A DNA stretch of 64,000 bases. It comes from Ignavibacteria bacterium. GTDB lineage: Bacteria > Bacteroidota > Ignavibacteria > Ignavibacteriales > SURF-24. Each line of letters opens with the position of its first letter. The first letter of the stretch is position 1. The stretch is from the NCBI GenBank assembly GCA_037140715.1, contig JBAXDX010000001.1, forward strand, positions 8,000 to 71,999. The letters run 5' to 3'. The notes under the pieces were generated by a model that made no database searches, was not told the origin of the DNA, and saw only the letters and a program-made list of their open reading frames with translations. A program made the position numbers and the translations under genes. Below, in pieces: positions 57,482 through 64,000 of the stretch.

Positions 57482-58900
57482 ATGTTAATAACTATGAATA
57501 TTACTGAAATTTCAAGCAACAATTCCAAAATGATTTGGAAAGAATGCTTAAAAATCATAAAAGAAAATGTCCCTTACATGACCTATAACACATGGTTTCT
57601 TCCTATAAAGCCAATCCTTCTGAACGGACAGTCGCTTAAAATACAGGTTCCGAACAATTTCTTTATCGAGTGGATTGACGGACACTATAATACTTTAATA
57701 AACAAGACTATCCACCAGGTTATTGGACTGGAAGCTGAACTTGTCTATATAATATCAGATGAAAATGATATACCTGAAATTGAACTTAGACGTGAAGAAC
57801 CCAGCCGCCATGAACCTGTTCAGACTGCAGTCATCGAAAAAGAGATTAAAAACGATAAACCTGAATTTGAAACATATCTTAATCAAAAATATACATTTGA
57901 TAACTTCATTAAAGGTGATGGCAACCAGCTTGCAAGAGCCGCCGCATTTGCTATTAGTGAAAATCCAGGTGAAACTTCTTTTAATCCCCTTTTTATTTAT
58001 GGTGGCGTAGGACTTGGCAAGACTCATCTTATTCAGGCAATCGGTAATAAAATTTTGAGTAATTATCCTCATAAAAGAGTTATCTATCTGTCGAGTGATA
58101 TATTTACTGTTGAATTTGTTGAAGCTGTACAAGCTAACAAGGTAAATGAGTTTTCAAATTTTTACAAAAAAATGGACGCGCTTATAATAGATGATATTCA
58201 ATTCCTTATAAATAAGGAAAAAACTCAGGACTTGTTCTTTAATATTTTTAATATACTTCACCAGTCCGGCAAACAAATCATTCTTTCAAGCGACAAACCC
58301 CCAAAAGACTTAAAAGGTCTAAATGAACGCCTTATATCCAGATTTCAATGGGGACTGTCAGCGGATATTCAGCCACCTGATTATGAAACGCGTTTTGCCA
58401 TATTAAAGAAAAAGAGCGAAAACTATGGAATTTATTTATCTCCTGATATATTGGAATATATAGCTATAAATATTACATCCAACATCAGGGAACTGGAAGG
58501 CTGTCTGATAAAGCTTCTGGCGAATACATCGCTTAGTTCCAAGGAAATTAATCTGGAAATGGCTAAAAAGACAGTTAAAGAGATAGCCACAGACAGAAAG
58601 GTAAATATTTCAATAGAATATATTACTAAAGTTGTCTGTGAGTGCATGAATGTAGAAGAAAACAAGGTCCGCGAAAAAAACAGAAAACAGGAAGTAGTAC
58701 TTGCACGGCAAATAGCAATGTACTTATCTAAAAAACTAACCAAGTCTTCGCTGAAAACCATTGGTCTTCACTTTGGCGGAAGGGATCATTCTACCGTTAT
58801 ACATGCATGTAATAATATTGAAGTTCTGTCAAATGAAGATATTGCGCTAAAAGACGTACTCGAATCTATCAGAAATAAGATTGAACTTAGCGTTGCTTAG
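57482..58900 (+). CDS. dnaA: chromosomal replication initiator DnaA
   Basis: 472 aa with the AAA+ Walker A GGVGLGKTHL, ..IDDIQF.., and the C-terminal DNA-binding domain ..GGRDHSTVIHA.. The start may be the Met at 57494. Confidence 0.97.
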   Translation: MLITMNITEISSNNSKMIWKECLKIIKENVPYMTYNTWFLPIKPILLNGQSLKIQVPNNFFIEWIDGHYNTLINKTIHQVIGLEAELVYIISDENDIPEIELRREEPSRHEPVQTAVIEKEIKNDKPEFETYLNQKYTFDNFIKGDGNQLARAAAFAISENPGETSFNPLFIYGGVGLGKTHLIQAIGNKILSNYPHKRVIYLSSDIFTVEFVEAVQANKVNEFSNFYKKMDALIIDDIQFLINKEKTQDLFFNIFNILHQSGKQIILSSDKPPKDLKGLNERLISRFQWGLSADIQPPDYETRFAILKKKSENYGIYLSPDILEYIAINITSNIRELEGCLIKLLANTSLSSKEINLEMAKKTVKEIATDRKVNISIEYITKVVCECMNVEENKVREKNRKQEVVLARQIAMYLSKKLTKSSLKTIGLHFGGRDHSTVIHACNNIEVLSNEDIALKDVLESIRNKIELSVA

Positions 58901-58901
58901 A

Positions 58902-59141
58902 TGTGGATAACGTACATGGTAAGTGTTGGCTAATTGTTGTGTATGTACGTTTTCAGCTGACTATGTTGATATCATACTATATGGAAAGACTTATCCACAT
59001 TTAATAAAATCCAAAAGTTTGCAATACAGTTTATATTTGTGGCATTTTAAGTTATCAACATATTCACATCTTTATTAGATTTATTAAAAATTTTTAAAAA
59101 TAAATTAATATAATATAAATGAGTGTGTGGATTGTTGATAT
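58902..59141. promoter_or_regulatory. oriC part 2: DnaA boxes and AT-rich unwinding candidate between dnaA and dnaN
   Basis: Perfect boxes TGTGGATAA (58902-58910) and TTATCCACA (58991-58999). Near-boxes lie at 58964-58972, 59052-59060, 59126-59134 and 59133-59141. About 50 nt of almost pure A/T spans 59066-59120. Confidence 0.75.
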
Positions 59142-59220
59142 TCATAAGCGACGGAACATAATTCGCGTTGTATCTATATATAATTTTTGATATTTTGGCA
59201 TATCAATTTGGAAAATTAGA

Positions 59221-60354
59221 ATGGAATTTAAGGTAAATAGCAAATTACTCGAAAAGCTACTGACAAAGATAATCCCGGCAGTCCCTTCGCGTACTACGAT
59301 GCCAATATTGGAAAATTTCCTCTTCGAACTTAATGATGGTTTACTTACCATTTATGCCACAGACTTGGAAATTGCTCTCAAATCATCAATAAATGTTGTA
59401 GCTGAAGAAAATACAAAACTTGTGGTTCCCGCACGCCTTCTTTATGAAATAGTTCGCTCGCTTCAGGAAACTACTATTCTCTTTCAGGTCTCACCAAATG
59501 GCAAGACTAATCTTAAAACAGATAATGGTGTTTATACAATAAGTTATCTTTTGCCGGAAGGATTCCCTGATATCCCATCATTTCCTGAAAACAGCGAGGA
59601 TAGAGATAATATAGGCAAAATGCTAATCGGCGGACCGGAGCTAAAAAAAGCTATCGAGCAGACATCATTTGCAATGAGTAAAGAGGATATGCGTCCTGCT
59701 ATGATGGGCCTGTTACTGGAGTTTACAGACGAGGGTCTCCGTTTTGTCTCAACCGATGGGCACAGACTTGTAAACCTGCTTAAGAAAACAGTAAACATCG
59801 GCTTTAATGACCAGTATATTCTTCCGGATCGTGCTATATCTGTACTTATGAAAATATTGGAGGAGAAGGATGTTAAAATTCTTCTCAGCAATACTTATGT
59901 TTCGTTCAGGGCGGGAGATATTGAATTTATTACAAGGCTTATTGCTCAGAAATATCCTGACTACAGAAGCGTTATTCCATTTGAAAATGAAAATAGACTT
60001 AAAATAAAACCTGCTGATTTATTTTCTACAATTAAAAGAATGCTCCTTTTTTCTCCGGCTAATTCCAGAAAAGTAAAATTTTCCATTACTCAGAATAACC
60101 TGGAAGTATCATCCGAAGATATCGATATGGGATCTTTTGCCAGGGAAAATATTTACTGTGAATATTCAGGTGAACCTATGGATATAGGGTTTAATTCAAC
60201 TTATGTTAACGATGTGATAAGCCATCTGCAGAATGAAGATGAGATTGTCTTTAAACTTCATTCGCCTACTAAGGCTGTTATTATTGAACCGGTAATAAAT
60301 AAAGACAATGAAGAACTAATGATGTTGCTCATGCCTGTGCGCTTAAATAATTGA
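59221..60354 (+). CDS. dnaN: DNA polymerase III beta sliding clamp
   Basis: 377 aa with three-domain clamp length and motifs (..ATDLEIAL.., ..STDGHRL.., ..MPVRL at the C-terminus). In dnaA-dnaN-recF order. Confidence 0.97.
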   Translation: MEFKVNSKLLEKLLTKIIPAVPSRTTMPILENFLFELNDGLLTIYATDLEIALKSSINVVAEENTKLVVPARLLYEIVRSLQETTILFQVSPNGKTNLKTDNGVYTISYLLPEGFPDIPSFPENSEDRDNIGKMLIGGPELKKAIEQTSFAMSKEDMRPAMMGLLLEFTDEGLRFVSTDGHRLVNLLKKTVNIGFNDQYILPDRAISVLMKILEEKDVKILLSNTYVSFRAGDIEFITRLIAQKYPDYRSVIPFENENRLKIKPADLFSTIKRMLLFSPANSRKVKFSITQNNLEVSSEDIDMGSFARENIYCEYSGEPMDIGFNSTYVNDVISHLQNEDEIVFKLHSPTKAVIIEPVINKDNEELMMLLMPVRLNN

Positions 60355-60355
60355 A

Positions 60356-61474
60356 ATGGTATTAAAATCTTTACTGCTTAGAAATTTCAGAGTTTATCTA
60401 AATGCAAATATTGAATTTTCTGAAGGTATAAATTACATAGTAGGAGGAAACGGACAGGGCAAGACTACTATCCTGGAAGCCATCTATTTTTTGTGCACTA
60501 CAAAAGGGTATAATTCATTAACCGAAAGCGAAGTGGTGAACTTTAATAGTTCTTTTTTTGAAATCTCTGGCATTTTTAAGGATATTACTGAAAATTTTTT
60601 AAGAATTTATTATACCACTCAGGATAATAAGAAGTATTTTTTTGCAGATGGAAAACAAATCTATCGTGCCTCGAATATTATTGGTAAGTTTCCGGTTGTA
60701 ATCCTTACCCCTGAGGATCACAGTATTACACAGGGATCGCCGGCAGACAGACGGAAATTTGTCGATTCGGTAATTTCTCAGTCAAGTGAAACTTACCTGC
60801 AAATTCTCTTGGATTACAACCGTGTACTGCGCCAAAGAGCGTCACTCTTAACACAGTTTAAAGATTCCCGCGAAAAAAGTTTATTTGACCAGCTTGAAGC
60901 ATGGTCGCAAAGACTTGTTCAGACAGGTACTGAGATTATCAGGCACAGGATAAATTTCGTAAGAGAATTTAATGAATATGTTAAGAATTCGTATGACGTA
61001 ATTATGGAATCAAAGGAATATCCCTCGATTTCCTACGATTATCTTGATGGTCGCGATAAAAATAGTGGCGATATAGAAAATGAATTTCAGGCATTGCTGG
61101 AAAGAAAACGGGATGATGAAATAAGACGCGGTTCTAACTTAGTCGGTCCGCACAGGGACCAGTTTATGTTTTACATAAATTTGTATGATCTTAAAAAATA
61201 TGGTTCTCAGGGGCAGAACAAAACTTTTCAGATAAGTTTGAGGTTTGCTCAGTTCTTTTATTTGAAGGACTGTCTTGGGAAGACTCCAATTTTTCTTATG
61301 GATGATGTTTTTGGCGAACTTGATATGTTTCGCGCATCTAAAATCAGCCTGTATCTTAAAGACATTGGACAGGCTTTTGTAACGCTTACTGATTTTTCAA
61401 ATTTTTCATATTTAAACAGAACGGAAAGGGATTTCTTAATAAAAATAGATAATGGACGGGCGGAGTATGTTTGA
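60356..61474 (+). CDS. recF: DNA replication/repair protein RecF
   Basis: 372 aa with Walker A GGNGQGKTTILEA, the signature ..GSQGQNKT.. and Walker B ..IFLMDDV.. Confidence 0.95.
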   Translation: MVLKSLLLRNFRVYLNANIEFSEGINYIVGGNGQGKTTILEAIYFLCTTKGYNSLTESEVVNFNSSFFEISGIFKDITENFLRIYYTTQDNKKYFFADGKQIYRASNIIGKFPVVILTPEDHSITQGSPADRRKFVDSVISQSSETYLQILLDYNRVLRQRASLLTQFKDSREKSLFDQLEAWSQRLVQTGTEIIRHRINFVREFNEYVKNSYDVIMESKEYPSISYDYLDGRDKNSGDIENEFQALLERKRDDEIRRGSNLVGPHRDQFMFYINLYDLKKYGSQGQNKTFQISLRFAQFFYLKDCLGKTPIFLMDDVFGELDMFRASKISLYLKDIGQAFVTLTDFSNFSYLNRTERDFLIKIDNGRAEYV

Positions 61475-61751
61475 TATTAAAAGTTTTTCCGATGTTTTTA
61501 ATAATGATGAATCCCTCTCAAAGCTTAGAATATTTGTTCAGCAGACTGACGTAGTTCAAAAATTTACGGAGCTGTTTCCGGATTTAAGAAAAATAGCAAA
61601 GGCTGTGAAGCTTGAAAAAAAAGTTTTATACCTTTCAATTGAAAATTCGGTCTGGAGAAGCGAATTAAAGTTCAAACAGAAAATAATAATCGATAGAATT
61701 AACGAGCACTTTAAGAGTGAACTCGTAAAGTATATCAAGTTCATCGCATAA
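61452..61751 (+). CDS. DUF721 / DciA-like protein
   Basis: About 95-99 aa. The pattern ..KLEKKVLYLSIENSVWRSELKFKQKIIIDRINEHF...VKYIKF fits DUF721. It is at the conserved position after recF. The ATG at 61467 (8-nt overlap with recF) is an alternative start. Confidence 0.7.
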   Translation: MDGRSMFDIKSFSDVFNNDESLSKLRIFVQQTDVVQKFTELFPDLRKIAKAVKLEKKVLYLSIENSVWRSELKFKQKIIIDRINEHFKSELVKYIKFIA

Positions 61752-61837
61752 AGAGATATTTCAAGGAAAAAATAATGGAATTAAACAGTTATGCAACTAT
61801 GGCAACTAACTAAAAGTAATATTTTACTTACAATTTT

Positions 61838-61919
61838 ATGTTACGAAAAAATGTATGATTCATTTCATACTTATTGCGTTATCATAGGAACAATAGTCAG
61901 GATGGATTTTTCGTAACAT
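61838..61919. repeat. ~82-bp inverted-repeat element (copy 2)
   Basis: ATGTTACGAAAAA (61838-61850) pairs perfectly with TTTTTCGTAACAT (61907-61919). The loop is homologous to 42123-42186. Confidence 0.7.
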
Positions 61920-62012
61920 GAGTTACAAATATCAGTTCAGAACCGATAAATATCGGTTCCGAGCTGATAAATATGGGTTCCGAGCCGATAATTTTTCGTA
62001 ACATGAGTTACA
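61907..62012 (+). repeat. 21-nt-phased composite: direct repeat - 3 tandem units - direct repeat
   Basis: TTTTTCGTAACATGAGTTACA occurs at 61907-61927 and 61992-62012. Between the copies are ATATCAGTTCAGAACCGATAA (61929-61949), ATATCGGTTCCGAGCTGATAA (61950-61970) and ATATGGGTTCCGAGCCGATAA (61971-61991). Confidence 0.85.
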
Positions 62013-62015
62013 TTT
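61992..62015 (+). promoter_or_regulatory. promoter-like motif upstream of gyrB
   Basis: TTTTTCGTAACATGAGTTACATTT lies 44-67 nt upstream of the TTG start at 62059. It shares the TAAC-ATGAGTTA core with the yfhO-like and nudF-like upstream motifs. Confidence 0.35.
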
Positions 62016-62037
62016 ATGACCACTCCTCAAATAATAA

Positions 62038-64000
<1,963 letters not shown>

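Overview
This is a 64-kb chromosomal window from an AT-rich bacterium. The protein signatures resemble the FCB group (Ignavibacteria/Bacteroidota); that taxon call is inference only.

Core content:
- The replication-origin neighbourhood: a bipartite oriC around dnaA, then dnaN, recF, a DUF721/DciA-like gene and gyrB (3' end off-window).
- The rpmH-rnpA-yidD-yidC cluster. rpmH is absent from the ORF track and was found by hand.
- clpB, metH, hldD, two NUDIX hydrolases, rlpA, a CPA2 antiporter, a patatin-Omp85 (type Vd, PlpD-like) fusion, and several two-component or sigma-54 regulators.
- An ~18-kb glycan locus (28.4-46.8 kb) with GT2/GT4/GT9 transferases, four methyltransferases, a Wzx-like flippase and a YfhO-like protein.

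Accessory and unusual content:
1. A 5.3-kb AT-rich islet bracketed by 39-bp direct repeats. It carries a type II R-M pair and a DarG-like macrodomain gene whose partner darT is cut down to a C-terminal stub. A second 44-bp repeat pair is nested inside it. No recombinase is present.
2. Three loci built on a strict 21-bp period: 1932-2369, 22332-23021 and 61907-62012. The second one ends exactly in the islet's left direct repeat.
3. Two MITE-like insertions with perfect terminal inverted repeats plus target-site duplications. One sits on the metH stop codon. The other rewrites the 3' end of a lipoprotein gene and could instead be an invertible promoter in front of glycan genes.
4. A RelE/ParE toxin pseudogene (TAG at the conserved GDYR Tyr) with an upstream antitoxin-like ORF inside the glycan locus.
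5. An in-frame TAG splitting a GAF-PAS sensor.
6. A recurring ~22-nt promoter-like motif, and small palindromic (REP-like) element families.

No CRISPR array, tRNA or rRNA was seen. I cannot demonstrate a complete novel multi-gene system from sequence alone. The repeat-bounded islet together with the 21-bp phased arrays is the most promising lead.
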